Positions 15,752 through 24,287 of a DNA stretch of 24,915 nt are shown in pieces. Made by a program: the position numbers and the translations under genes. Numbering within the stretch: the stretch's first letter is position 1; each line of letters starts with the position of its first letter. Origin of the DNA: a virus (taxonomy: Duplodnaviria > Caudoviricetes); the IMG/VR virus record IMGVR_UViG_3300011013_002753, positions 1 to 24,915 of that record. One strand, given 5' to 3'. The notes beneath the pieces are model-generated. The model was not told the origin of the DNA. It did not search any database and was given only the letters and a program-made list of their open reading frames with translations.

Positions 15752-16072
15752 CTATAGCTCATCCTCTGTAATAATTTCATATAATGTATATTTTGCTGTT
15801 AACTCTTCACCTTCTTTAATGTCTCGTATTGTCCGTAAATATCTAACAGGTATTTGGTGCCAAAAACCGCCCACGCTTTTACAATTTGGATTATCTGAAT
15901 GATTGTAAAAAGCTCCTAGTGCTGTCCTTATACTACCGTGTGGAAAATTTTTATCTAATACATGAACAATCCCTAAAACTGTATCGTCTGGTATATTCTT
16001 TGTCGCAAATAGGCCGAGTCCTTCAACCTCACTATTTTTTACTGTTACGCCTTTAGGCAATGGTTTATACAT
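15752..16072 (-). CDS. Minimal SET-domain protein (lysine methyltransferase fold)
   Basis: VKNSEVEGLGLFATKNI, YNHSDNPNC, RDIKEGEELTAKY. Confidence 0.88.
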   Translation of the reverse strand: MYKPLPKGVTVKNSEVEGLGLFATKNIPDDTVLGIVHVLDKNFPHGSIRTALGAFYNHSDNPNCKSVGGFWHQIPVRYLRTIRDIKEGEELTAKYTLYEIITEDEL

Positions 16073-16073
16073 T

Positions 16074-16430
16074 TTACGCCTGACGTTCTATAAAAATAGT
16101 CTTTATTGTCTGAGGACGTAACATTCTATATACAACTGTTTTTGCATAATCTGCATTAAAGTTTTTACAACTAAATATATCTAAATATGCATCGCCAGTT
16201 AGATCAGAAAAATGTCCAGTAATATTACTAGTTTCAATTAATTGAACTAAAGAATATCCTGCAGCTGCGTCATCGTGTACTGCAAAATGTTTTAATAAAG
16301 GTTCTCCATACTTTTTCATTTTAATAGCATCAACTAACTTATTAGAAAAGTTAGTTAATTTTTTTTTGTTTGTTATGATATCTTTATCACAACCTTTGCA
16401 ATCTAATATCAAATGATAACCCCACGCCAT
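16074..16430 (-). CDS. speD: Pyruvoyl-dependent decarboxylase, S-adenosylmethionine decarboxylase (SpeD) family
   Basis: GYHLILDCKGC, GYSLVQLIETSNITGHF, AYLDIFSCK. Confidence 0.82.
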   Translation of the reverse strand: MAWGYHLILDCKGCDKDIITNKKKLTNFSNKLVDAIKMKKYGEPLLKHFAVHDDAAAGYSLVQLIETSNITGHFSDLTGDAYLDIFSCKNFNADYAKTVVYRMLRPQTIKTIFIERQA

Positions 16431-16445
16431 ATTATTTCTCCTTAA

Positions 16446-17576
16446 TTACTTTCCTATATTTATTATTTCTGGTCTTATGTGTTTTAAATCCCAAGTATCT
16501 TTAGAAAAAAGGTTAGAATTACCAGCAGCTTCAAGGAAAGGAAATAATAAAACTTTTTTCCAATTATCAAGTAAATGAGGTGCATATTTGTCAAACTGTT
16601 TTAAAATTTGACTATGTTCTGTATTTGCATTAGATAGAATTAAATCTGCTCCTAACCCTATTGGTTTTTCTGGTTGTGCAATTAAATCATGAGGAAATCT
16701 AGTTAATTTAGTTATTATCTCATAACAGTTAGCTTCAGAAATAGTATAACGAGTATGAACTTTTCTCAATAATAAAGAATTATTCAGTAATTCTTTATTT
16801 TTCTTAAAATAATTTTTTACCAAATGAGTCTGTTTAATATGTAATTTTGGGTAATCTAAGGTTGTAAAAAACCATTCATCATACCAATTTCCTGATTGTC
16901 CGAAATGACCAAAGTTTAACCTTGTATAAAAATCTTTTGTTTTTGGGTCATATTCTAATCCTGTTTTTGCATCTCCTTGAATATGACCAGAAAAATGGTC
17001 ATTATAAAAATATTGTTTAATACCTCTTCTAGCCAAAGATACTTTACTTAATCTCGTTAATAATGTTGTATATCCTGTTTGTGCGGGAAAAGTATCCCAA
17101 TAACTACTATTAAAAAAATTTAAAATTACTTTTTCAGTTATGTTATTTACAGTAATTCTTGTTTTAGGAATTAGTTTTTGAATTTTTTTTAGTTTTTTAA
17201 TACCAATATCAATTTGTGGGTTAGAACATTCATTTTTATTAAGAGCAACTCTATTAATAACAATCTCATCTATAAATATATTATTTCGTACAAAGCTTTC
17301 TATAACAGTTTCACTATCAGGTCCTCCACTATAATAAATAGTTAAGTAAGGGTATTTATCTCTTAATTGTTGGCATCTTTCTTTTAATAATATATTATAA
17401 GATTCCGGAGGTTCTTTCCAGTCTAGAGATTTCCACTCTAAACTATCTTTACTTGTTAAAATTAAAGTACTCATATCTTCTTTGGTAGAAGAAGATACTA
17501 AATCTATTTTAGAACTATAAATCTTATTAGTATTTTTATTTTTTATTATAGTATATTTATAGTCTGTTTCAGTCAT
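16446..17576 (-). CDS. PP-loop (adenine nucleotide alpha-hydrolase-like) protein of unknown function
   Basis: IYYSGGPDS PP-loop. Clear paralog of 23217..24287. Confidence 0.65.
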   Translation of the reverse strand: MTETDYKYTIIKNKNTNKIYSSKIDLVSSSTKEDMSTLILTSKDSLEWKSLDWKEPPESYNILLKERCQQLRDKYPYLTIYYSGGPDSETVIESFVRNNIFIDEIVINRVALNKNECSNPQIDIGIKKLKKIQKLIPKTRITVNNITEKVILNFFNSSYWDTFPAQTGYTTLLTRLSKVSLARRGIKQYFYNDHFSGHIQGDAKTGLEYDPKTKDFYTRLNFGHFGQSGNWYDEWFFTTLDYPKLHIKQTHLVKNYFKKNKELLNNSLLLRKVHTRYTISEANCYEIITKLTRFPHDLIAQPEKPIGLGADLILSNANTEHSQILKQFDKYAPHLLDNWKKVLLFPFLEAAGNSNLFSKDTWDLKHIRPEIINIGK

Positions 17577-18454
17577 TTTTGTATTGTTGGTGACCAGTGA
17601 GTTGTTCTTCCATCATCTAAAGAAATTTTTTCAACTGGATTTCCGTAAGGATCTTCTTTTTGAGAATAAACCATAACGCCTATTCTTGATTTCATCATTT
17701 CAGTTGCTTTTGAAGGAAAAGCGACATAATTTCCCTGAGTATTGTGTAAATCAGAATAATTTCTTATAGTTGCACCGCCTGTTTCAAAACTATTTTTTAA
17801 AACGGTTCTAACCGCTGTATACAATCGTAACAAATCTTCTTCGCTGCAGTCACCCACTTTACGATGAGGCGCCAAAGCGGCGAGAAAAAGACTTTCGGAT
17901 TTGTAAATGTTACCCACACCTGATACATTTTTTTGCTCCATTAAAAATTTTACTAAAGAATTAGTTTTACGTTTTTCACATATGGCAAGCCACGTTTTTT
18001 CATCACAAGGATTATTGAGCATGTCAGGACCAATACTTGCAAGTTTTTTATCTAATTCTTGTTTAGGATTTTTTGTAATAAACTTTAGTGTTCCGAAGTT
18101 ACGCATATCAGAATAATAAATACTTTTCTTTGTTTTTTCTGGTGTATTATCTCTAAGATCAAATCTAACCCTAGCATATTTATTGTCTTCAGCTTTATAC
18201 GTTCCTGTCATTCCTAAAGTACTGAATATTACTCCATCCATACACAACCAATATATAAATTTACCTTTATTACAAACTCCGTGAATATATGTTCCCCCAT
18301 ATTTCGGATATAATATACTCATAAATTCATAAAACCCGTCAGGCTCTTTTCTTGTGTATCTACCTGTTAATAATTTAATATCAACTAAACTCCATCCTCT
18401 AACTTCTTTATCTAATTGGTTCGTAACAATCGTACATTCTGGACCTTCAGGCAT
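17573..18454 (-). CDS. Fpg/Nei-family DNA glycosylase/AP lyase with a zinc-less finger
   Basis: N-terminal MPEGPE, KGKFI, LGMTG, DMRNFG, IGPD, H2TH motif GVGNIYKSESLF. The C-terminus DPYGNPV...GRTTHWSPTIQK has no Cys. Confidence 0.92.
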   Translation of the reverse strand: MPEGPECTIVTNQLDKEVRGWSLVDIKLLTGRYTRKEPDGFYEFMSILYPKYGGTYIHGVCNKGKFIYWLCMDGVIFSTLGMTGTYKAEDNKYARVRFDLRDNTPEKTKKSIYYSDMRNFGTLKFITKNPKQELDKKLASIGPDMLNNPCDEKTWLAICEKRKTNSLVKFLMEQKNVSGVGNIYKSESLFLAALAPHRKVGDCSEEDLLRLYTAVRTVLKNSFETGGATIRNYSDLHNTQGNYVAFPSKATEMMKSRIGVMVYSQKEDPYGNPVEKISLDDGRTTHWSPTIQK

Positions 18455-18572
18455 TAGATAACGCCACGGTCAAGATAACTACAATAGTCAGTAGTATTTT
18501 TAAACTAAGTATTAGAAATAAAGTTTTTTTCTTCATTATCCAAGTTTTATCTGCTATACATTCCCATGTCAT
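18447..18572 (-). CDS. Small membrane protein (41 aa)
   Basis: Hand translation: MTWECIADKTWIMKKKTLFLILSLKILLTIVVILTVALSNA. ATGA overlap with the upstream stop and 8-nt overlap with the Fpg start. Confidence 0.5.
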   Translation of the reverse strand: MTWECIADKTWIMKKKTLFLILSLKILLTIVVILTVALSNA

Positions 18573-18802
18573 GGAGCTGCCACTTCTGTTATAAGTAACC
18601 GAACATTTTTCTGTGTAGAATCTAATAAATGTAATCCTTGCCTAGAAAATTTTCCGTCTTTTTCTAATTCTTTTAAGTCTCTAGTAATAGTTTTAAATAA
18701 CTTTCCTAAATTTTCTTCAGGCATCTTATCAACTATTTTCTTAATTACTTTTCCTAGCTGCTCTCGTTCATGTTTTGCAGCCCATTCCATTCCTCCGCTC
18801 AT
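18569..18802 (-). CDS. Hypothetical protein
   Basis: 77-aa ORF with an AAGGA RBS, in operon orientation. Confidence 0.65.
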   Translation of the reverse strand: MSGGMEWAAKHEREQLGKVIKKIVDKMPEENLGKLFKTITRDLKELEKDGKFSRQGLHLLDSTQKNVRLLITEVAAP

Positions 18803-18814
18803 TAATTTTTCCTT

Positions 18815-19408
18815 TCACTCAGCGTACTCAAGTACATCCGTTAACCAAACTGCGATTGTATATCGTATTCCTGATAAAACTTCACGTACTCCATGAGTAT
18901 ACTCTATTCCACTAGGAAATGCCAACATTAAACCTTGTTGTGGTGATATATCTTCACCAAAATTTTTAAAATAAAACTCACCGCCTTCGATACCTCCTGT
19001 TAAGTAAAATATTGCAGAGTATTTTCTATACCAAGTTGGATGTGTTTCGGACGTAACTTCTTCGGGTAACTCTGGTTGCCAACAATTATCTGCATGAAGA
19101 GACATAGAATCTCCTGGTCCCCAAATAGTTAATTCAGTATTATCTGGAACGCACCAAACTCCCCAATGCTCCATAATTTGTTTTTGAGCATAAAAACGGG
19201 CATAATTCATTCCTCGTTCAAAATGTGACCAAGGAGGCGGCATAGACCTATGTACTTTTTTATAGCTAAGGGTTCTATCAATAAACTCAGGAATTGCTTG
19301 TTGATCTCCGTTTTTAAAAACTTTTGGATGTTGATAAGCTGTGGAACTTAAAAAATCACAAGTTTCATCAGGAAGTGCATTTTCAATTCGTAAAAAATCA
19401 GGATTCAT
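18815..19408 (-). CDS. Prolyl-4-hydroxylase-like 2OG-Fe(II) oxygenase
   Basis: SLHAD (HxD), YSAIFYL, EGGEFYF, AFPSG, THGVREV..GIRYTI. Confidence 0.88.
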   Translation of the reverse strand: MNPDFLRIENALPDETCDFLSSTAYQHPKVFKNGDQQAIPEFIDRTLSYKKVHRSMPPPWSHFERGMNYARFYAQKQIMEHWGVWCVPDNTELTIWGPGDSMSLHADNCWQPELPEEVTSETHPTWYRKYSAIFYLTGGIEGGEFYFKNFGEDISPQQGLMLAFPSGIEYTHGVREVLSGIRYTIAVWLTDVLEYAE

Positions 19409-19952
19409 TAAAATACCATTTATAACCTTTCTCTAAATTTTTTTTAGTTAAACTTTTATAGTTTGGTTGATCTACAAAAGTTGTAATAGTCCACCTTCTG
19501 TTAGTAACGGGAGGTTTTATTCTATGCACCATGTAACAAGGAAACTGTACTATTTTTCCAGGAGTTGGAAAAATAGTAGCTAAGATTTTAGAAGGAACAG
19601 GTGCACTAAATTCTGTTTCCCAAACTCTATTAGATTTAGGATTCCAATTACCTATTTCTAGAGGTGTTCCTTCCGTTAAATAAATAACTTGAGTCCAATA
19701 CCTAGTGGGTCTAGGGCAAGTTAATTTACCTTCAGAAAAATCCATATTATCAAAATGCCAGTCGTATAAATCTCCGGGTTTTAATAATATACACACTCCA
19801 CCCTTAACTACATCATTTGCTGCCCACTGATTACCATACCACTTTACTCGTTCTTCTGCTCTTTCTATAATCTTTTCCGCAGAGTTTTTTATTGTATTAT
19901 TAAATGAGATATCTATGAAGGGTCTGATTTCAGAGTTAATGATATCTGCCAT
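19398..19952 (-). CDS. 2OG-Fe(II) oxygenase
   Basis: YDWHFD (HxD), QVIYL, PGKIVQFP, VHRIKP...RRWTI. Confidence 0.8.
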   Translation of the reverse strand: MADIINSEIRPFIDISFNNTIKNSAEKIIERAEERVKWYGNQWAANDVVKGGVCILLKPGDLYDWHFDNMDFSEGKLTCPRPTRYWTQVIYLTEGTPLEIGNWNPKSNRVWETEFSAPVPSKILATIFPTPGKIVQFPCYMVHRIKPPVTNRRWTITTFVDQPNYKSLTKKNLEKGYKWYFNES

Positions 19953-20536
19953 CTTTTTTCTATTTCCTCTTTTAATTTTATTGCAAATATTTTATGAGCA
20001 AGTTGATTCATATGCCCTGCGCCATCAGGATATTTTTTTCTGTAATCTCCTAAATATTCCCACATAATAGGTGAAGTAACTTCGGGATATTGTAAAAAAT
20101 TTAATTCTGGACTTTCTAAAACATTGGGTCTATATAAAGGTATTAAAATTATATTTTGTACAGGTACTTTAGACAGAACTGCTAAAACAGATAAAACACC
20201 TATTCGGTAATGCCATTTTATAGTAGTTAACTTTTTAAACCATATATTCTTAGTTAATTCTCCCCACGGATCTGTTTCATCCCAATTGTAAGGAAGTATA
20301 AAATCAGTATTTGCTTTAGGATCAGCACGGTGATGATGTCCAATAATCCAAATTATATACTCATAAGTAAGTTCTTCTTTTTTTAAAATTATTTCTGCCT
20401 GATAATCTAAAGTTGCTCCATAATCTGAAATATTATTTGTTAATCCTAATAGTAAAGGAAAAGGAAAAGGTACTGCTAAACTAGGAATAGTGTAACTATT
20501 CCCCATAAGTAAAATTTTATTTGACTCTTGCTCCAA
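19913..20536 (-). CDS. SGNH/GDSL-like protein (divergent)
   Basis: LLMGNSYT (block I variant), YGA, and DGAGHMN...H (block V-like). TTG is the only in-frame start that keeps the leading beta strand, as an in-frame stop lies just upstream. Confidence 0.55.
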   Translation of the reverse strand: MEQESNKILLMGNSYTIPSLAVPFPFPLLLGLTNNISDYGATLDYQAEIILKKEELTYEYIIWIIGHHHRADPKANTDFILPYNWDETDPWGELTKNIWFKKLTTIKWHYRIGVLSVLAVLSKVPVQNIILIPLYRPNVLESPELNFLQYPEVTSPIMWEYLGDYRKKYPDGAGHMNQLAHKIFAIKLKEEIEKRWQISLTLKSDPS

Positions 20537-20549
20537 TTTTTGTTACCAT
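20521..20549 (+). promoter_or_regulatory. Sigma70 promoter likely producing a leaderless mRNA
   Basis: TTGACT-17 nt-TACCAT with TG extension. ATG 20555 begins 6 nt after the -10 box; no SD. Confidence 0.55.
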
Positions 20550-20554
20550 TTCTT

Positions 20555-21220
20555 ATGAAAATTATTTCGTGTGGAGACAGTTATACTTTAGGGGAAGGAC
20601 TAAGTTCCCCAGAAGAAACTTATGGATATTTACTTGCTAAAGAATTCAAATCTGACTACACAACATTAGCACAATCTGGTGCTAGTGAATATCTTATTTT
20701 ATCGCAAATAGAAGAAGCTGTCAAGTTAAATCCTGATTTAATACTGGTTGGTCATACTAGTGAATACCGTTGGCAAGTACGTAGTCGACGTAACAATAAA
20801 TGGCAAGGGTTTTTGGTTGCTAACTTTATTGAGCAAAATAAAAAACTTTTTAGACAGTGGATATTTAGTGAACAACTTTTAGATAATAAAAGAAATAGTG
20901 CAGAGCATAAAGCAGCTTGGCATGCTGCAGGACTATTATACTACTCTGAAGATAAAATAGTAAATAACTTATGGAAATCGGCGGTTGCTTTACAAATTAA
21001 TATCTTAAAAAGATATAATATAAGAGCTGTACATATTGCTTGTTTTGGTCATTTACATAATGATTTAAAAGAACTAACCGACGATTGTATATATGCTCCT
21101 TTAGATGATATGAAACATATACAAAAAGCAAATGACGGGAGCCACGCAGGTCCCGCCATTCATGAAAAAGTATGTAAAGAAATTAGTAAATTTATTTTGA
21201 ACAAATCTCGATTAACTTAG
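20555..21220 (+). CDS. SGNH/GDSL-like hydrolase
   Basis: MKIISCGDSYTLGEG (block I), LAQSGAS (block II), DGSHAGPAIH (block V). Start moved from 20528 to ATG 20555. Confidence 0.72.
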   Translation: MKIISCGDSYTLGEGLSSPEETYGYLLAKEFKSDYTTLAQSGASEYLILSQIEEAVKLNPDLILVGHTSEYRWQVRSRRNNKWQGFLVANFIEQNKKLFRQWIFSEQLLDNKRNSAEHKAAWHAAGLLYYSEDKIVNNLWKSAVALQINILKRYNIRAVHIACFGHLHNDLKELTDDCIYAPLDDMKHIQKANDGSHAGPAIHEKVCKEISKFILNKSRLT

Positions 21221-21455
21221 AAAGTACATCGTACTCTTCTTCAACATCTTCTTGTTTGTTTTTAAACATAGTTGTTGCCACTTTTCTTCCTAAAGTAGGA
21301 GCTATCCCATAACTATCTTTTAAATTTTTTAAAGATGCAGAAATTTGTTCTCTTGCATCTTCGATAACTACTAATTGATCTATAATATAATCGATACTTG
21401 TTTTAATCTCTGTACTAACTGTATCAAAGTTAGTAAGTTTTACGTCTTCTGACAT
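21192..21455 (-). CDS. T4 DsbA/GapR-like small dsDNA-binding protein
   Basis: 87 aa, helical; IEDAREQI..LKDSYGI..RKVATTMFK..EEEY pattern recalls phage DsbA-type transcription regulators. AGGAG RBS. Confidence 0.55.
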   Translation of the reverse strand: MSEDVKLTNFDTVSTEIKTSIDYIIDQLVVIEDAREQISASLKNLKDSYGIAPTLGRKVATTMFKNKQEDVEEEYDVLSKLIEICSK

Positions 21456-21914
21456 TTATTCTCCTGACTCAATTACTTTAAATTCCGACCTTACAACGTC
21501 TGGAATTTTTCTAATTATTTTTCTGTTTTCTAAATCTTCTAAAACCTCTTTTAGAACTTCAAAAGCTATATCTGTACCCTCTTCTTCACCCTCATCAAGT
21601 AATTCTTCAGTAGTACGTTCAATTAATCCACACTCTTCAGCTATATACTGATTAGCGTACAGCATATTAGCTGCACCAATTCGTCTAGATCCTTTAGCTG
21701 GGCCTTTTTCTCTAGGTTCAACTAATTCCCAGAAACTACCTTCATAAGATGTACCTTCCCACTCGTTGACGATATCTAAAGGGGTATCACTTAAAATATA
21801 GGCAATCCCATCTTTTATGTCTTCTAGTCTTTTAGCACTAGTTATTGTTATTTTACGCAAAAAGTTTTTCCATCCTTGAAGCACAGCTCTGCCCTCTCCT
21901 ATTTTTTTAACCAA
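21456..21914 (-). CDS. Hypothetical protein
   Basis: 152-aa ORF with an acidic segment, overlapping or abutting its neighbours. Confidence 0.7.
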   Translation of the reverse strand: MVKKIGEGRAVLQGWKNFLRKITITSAKRLEDIKDGIAYILSDTPLDIVNEWEGTSYEGSFWELVEPREKGPAKGSRRIGAANMLYANQYIAEECGLIERTTEELLDEGEEEGTDIAFEVLKEVLEDLENRKIIRKIPDVVRSEFKVIESGE

Positions 21915-22246
21915 TCTTGCACTCTTTGATTAGTGCAAAACCAAGCATAAGACACAGATAGACCCCTTACGTTTATATCAGGGTAACGTGTCATGGCGTA
22001 TAAGAACTCCGTTCTTAACAATTCCCACGGATTACACGAGTAATCGTTACGACACTCCGTGTCGTCGTTAAAAAACTTTAAGTAAGGATGGGAATATAAA
22101 TATAAAGATGGATCAACATCTTTTATATATTTTTCAAGTATTTCAAAACATTTAGATTGATGAATTTTATTTTCGTGCTTGATAACTTTATACAAATTCT
22201 TTGTAAAGTTTTTATATTTGTTTTTGTGATGAAATCTCAATTTCAT
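21899..22246 (-). CDS. Hypothetical protein
   Basis: 115-aa ORF downstream of a sigma70-like promoter. Confidence 0.65.
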   Translation of the reverse strand: MKLRFHHKNKYKNFTKNLYKVIKHENKIHQSKCFEILEKYIKDVDPSLYLYSHPYLKFFNDDTECRNDYSCNPWELLRTEFLYAMTRYPDINVRGLSVSYAWFCTNQRVQDWLKK

Positions 22247-22270
22247 TTTTTTAATTCGTTTTTACAACTT

Positions 22271-22299
22271 AATTTAGCATAGATTTTTGCAGATGTCAA
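22271..22299 (-). promoter_or_regulatory. Sigma70-type promoter
   Basis: TTGACA-17 nt-TAAATT with TG extension, in the intergenic gap. Confidence 0.6.
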
Positions 22300-22343
22300 A
22301 TTTAATTTTGATGTAATTTAGGAGGAAACCTTTAGCAAGGTTT

Positions 22344-22676
22344 TTAACCATTTATATCCTCATAATCTTCCATCATATCTAGTCTCATCGGCGCTAAGGT
22401 TCTAAAAACTCCAAACGCGTCCTCAGTTGTCCAAAACTCTTTCTTGGTATAGAATCTGCATTTTTCTACTGAATCTAAATATTCATTTATATTTCTTGCT
22501 GCTCTATTCCAATCTCGTATTTGGATTCCGTACCAAACCTTAGTTTTAACTGACTGCATCATTTCAATAGCTAGAGGAATATTCCACCTAACAATATTAC
22601 TTGCATCTGTAATAATCTCATGTGGTTCCCTAGTATCATATAACATTCTTTGTGCAGGTGCTTTTTTTCTTGCCAT
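22344..22676 (-). CDS. Hypothetical protein
   Basis: 110-aa ORF with a GGAG RBS and TAATG coupling to the upstream gene. Confidence 0.7.
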   Translation of the reverse strand: MARKKAPAQRMLYDTREPHEIITDASNIVRWNIPLAIEMMQSVKTKVWYGIQIRDWNRAARNINEYLDSVEKCRFYTKKEFWTTEDAFGVFRTLAPMRLDMMEDYEDING

Positions 22677-22870
22677 TATTTACTCTCCAGTTGTTTTTCT
22701 AAATCTTCATTACATTTTTGATAGACTTCTAAAATGAAACGAGCAGCTAAAAAATCGCCTCTTCGTTTCTTTAATTTCTTATATATTCTCATTGTTTCTT
22801 TTGCTTGTGAAATGTTTTCCACTTTTGCGAGATAGGTAAAATATTCTTTTGCTTCCACGTATTGTGTCAT
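22676..22870 (-). CDS. Hypothetical protein (64 aa)
   Basis: Start moved from 22942 to ATG 22870, which has an AAAGGAG RBS. The longer ORF-track version runs over the promoter. Confidence 0.7.
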   Translation of the reverse strand: MTQYVEAKEYFTYLAKVENISQAKETMRIYKKLKKRRGDFLAARFILEVYQKCNEDLEKQLESK

Positions 22871-22898
22871 ATAAACTCCTTTCATGACTTTATAACTT

Positions 22899-22927
22899 AT
22901 TATACAAGAAAACTGTATAATTTGCAA
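22899..22927 (-). promoter_or_regulatory. Strong sigma70 promoter (leftward)
   Basis: TTGCAA-17 nt-TATAAT. Confidence 0.75.
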
Positions 22928-22966
22928 GAATAATATAGCCAATTCGCGTACAATTTGAGAAATTAT

Positions 22967-22995
22967 TTGACAATTGCCTCACTTATTGATACACT
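22967..22995 (+). promoter_or_regulatory. Sigma70 promoter (rightward)
   Basis: TTGACA-17 nt-TACACT with TG extension, followed by an AAGGA RBS and ATG 23016. Confidence 0.75.
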
Positions 22996-23015
22996 AAAAA
23001 TCAAAGGAATAATTA

Positions 23016-23213
23016 ATGTTATATGCGACTAGAGAAGATTTAAAAGTAGAAATCAGAGAATGTCACTCAATGATTAGAGAAGTTGCCGGAGATTTAGGCG
23101 GCGACATCAAAACCTTACACGAACAAATGTTAGAGTTGCAAGAAATTTTCCATAATCTTGAGAATACACTAAAACAGATTGATGAACAAGTAAAAATTTT
23201 AAGTAACGAGTAG
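23016..23213 (+). CDS. Hypothetical coiled-coil protein
   Basis: 65 aa with a heptad pattern; RBS and promoter upstream. Confidence 0.7.
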   Translation: MLYATREDLKVEIRECHSMIREVAGDLGGDIKTLHEQMLELQEIFHNLENTLKQIDEQVKILSNE

Positions 23214-23216
23214 TTA

Positions 23217-24287
23217 ATGTACATACTAAAGAATAAGAAGACAGGAGAAATATATAAAGATAGACAAACCATTTTAAATAGTTCAACATTTAATATTCCT
23301 GATCTAGAAGCAACTTGGCCCGCAGGATGGGACTCTGTTGACTGGACACAAGAACCTAATGAATCTTTAGAAGATTTATTTAAACAAAGAGCGGAACAAC
23401 TTAGAGATAAATATGGTTATTTAGTTTTATATTTTAGTGGAGGAAGTGACTCTCAAACTGTTTTAAATATTTTTAAAAGATATAACATTACTTTAGACGA
23501 AGTAGTAGTTGGAAGATTTGTAGATCACGAATTACTTAAATTACCTTATGTTAAACCAGATTATGGGAATAAAATAACAGATATTAAAATAACCCGTAAT
23601 TTTTTAGAAGATTTTCATTATAATCAAAAATGGCTAACGGACGGTTTTGGATATAGTGGTATAATACATACCTTATCTAGAAATGAAGTTTATTTTTGGG
23701 AACAGCATAATGTAATAAAACCTATAACTAGAAAAGGTAACGTTGCCCATATTTATGGAATAGATAAACCTTTAATAAAAATAATTGATAAAAAATATTA
23801 TTGTACTTTAAGTAGTAATGTTATAAATTTTAATGTTCATAATCAAAGTGAATATAAAGAAAATTTTTTCACAAGTGAAAATTTTCCAAAATTACATGCT
23901 AAACAATGCCATATAATTATAAATTATTGGAAAAAAAATTATCCTAAAACTACTAAAAGTATTTCTGAATCATCATATCCTGATTCTAGGGATGTGATGA
24001 ATAAGTTATTACGTGATCCTTATGATATTAGAAACAATACAGGAGGAAGTAGCGCAGGAGGAATGAGGAGAGGTTTAGCAGATGTTACTACAGAAGCGGG
24101 AAAGTTATTAAGAAGTTATAGAAAAGATAAATTTCACGATACTTATATAAATGGAGTAGTAAAACCTTATTTTACTACAAATGCTTCAAGAAGGCTATTA
24201 CATACTTCAGAAATTAGAAACGACATACAATTAGTAGTCTCTGGACTAGAAAAACGTATGTACCTAGGAGATATGATAAATGAGTAA
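23217..24287 (+). CDS. PP-loop (adenine nucleotide alpha-hydrolase-like) protein of unknown function
   Basis: LYFSGGSDS PP-loop and GIDKP. Paralog of 16446..17576. Confidence 0.65.
   Translation: MYILKNKKTGEIYKDRQTILNSSTFNIPDLEATWPAGWDSVDWTQEPNESLEDLFKQRAEQLRDKYGYLVLYFSGGSDSQTVLNIFKRYNITLDEVVVGRFVDHELLKLPYVKPDYGNKITDIKITRNFLEDFHYNQKWLTDGFGYSGIIHTLSRNEVYFWEQHNVIKPITRKGNVAHIYGIDKPLIKIIDKKYYCTLSSNVINFNVHNQSEYKENFFTSENFPKLHAKQCHIIINYWKKNYPKTTKSISESSYPDSRDVMNKLLRDPYDIRNNTGGSSAGGMRRGLADVTTEAGKLLRSYRKDKFHDTYINGVVKPYFTTNASRRLLHTSEIRNDIQLVVSGLEKRMYLGDMINE

Noticed and set aside
17907-18116. Plus-strand 69-aa ORF
   Set aside because: Antisense shadow of the Fpg/Nei gene.
22326-22343. Hairpin AAACCTT-TAGC-AAGGTTT as a terminator
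   Set aside because: Short AT-rich stem with no proper U-tract on the coding (minus) strand; too weak to call.
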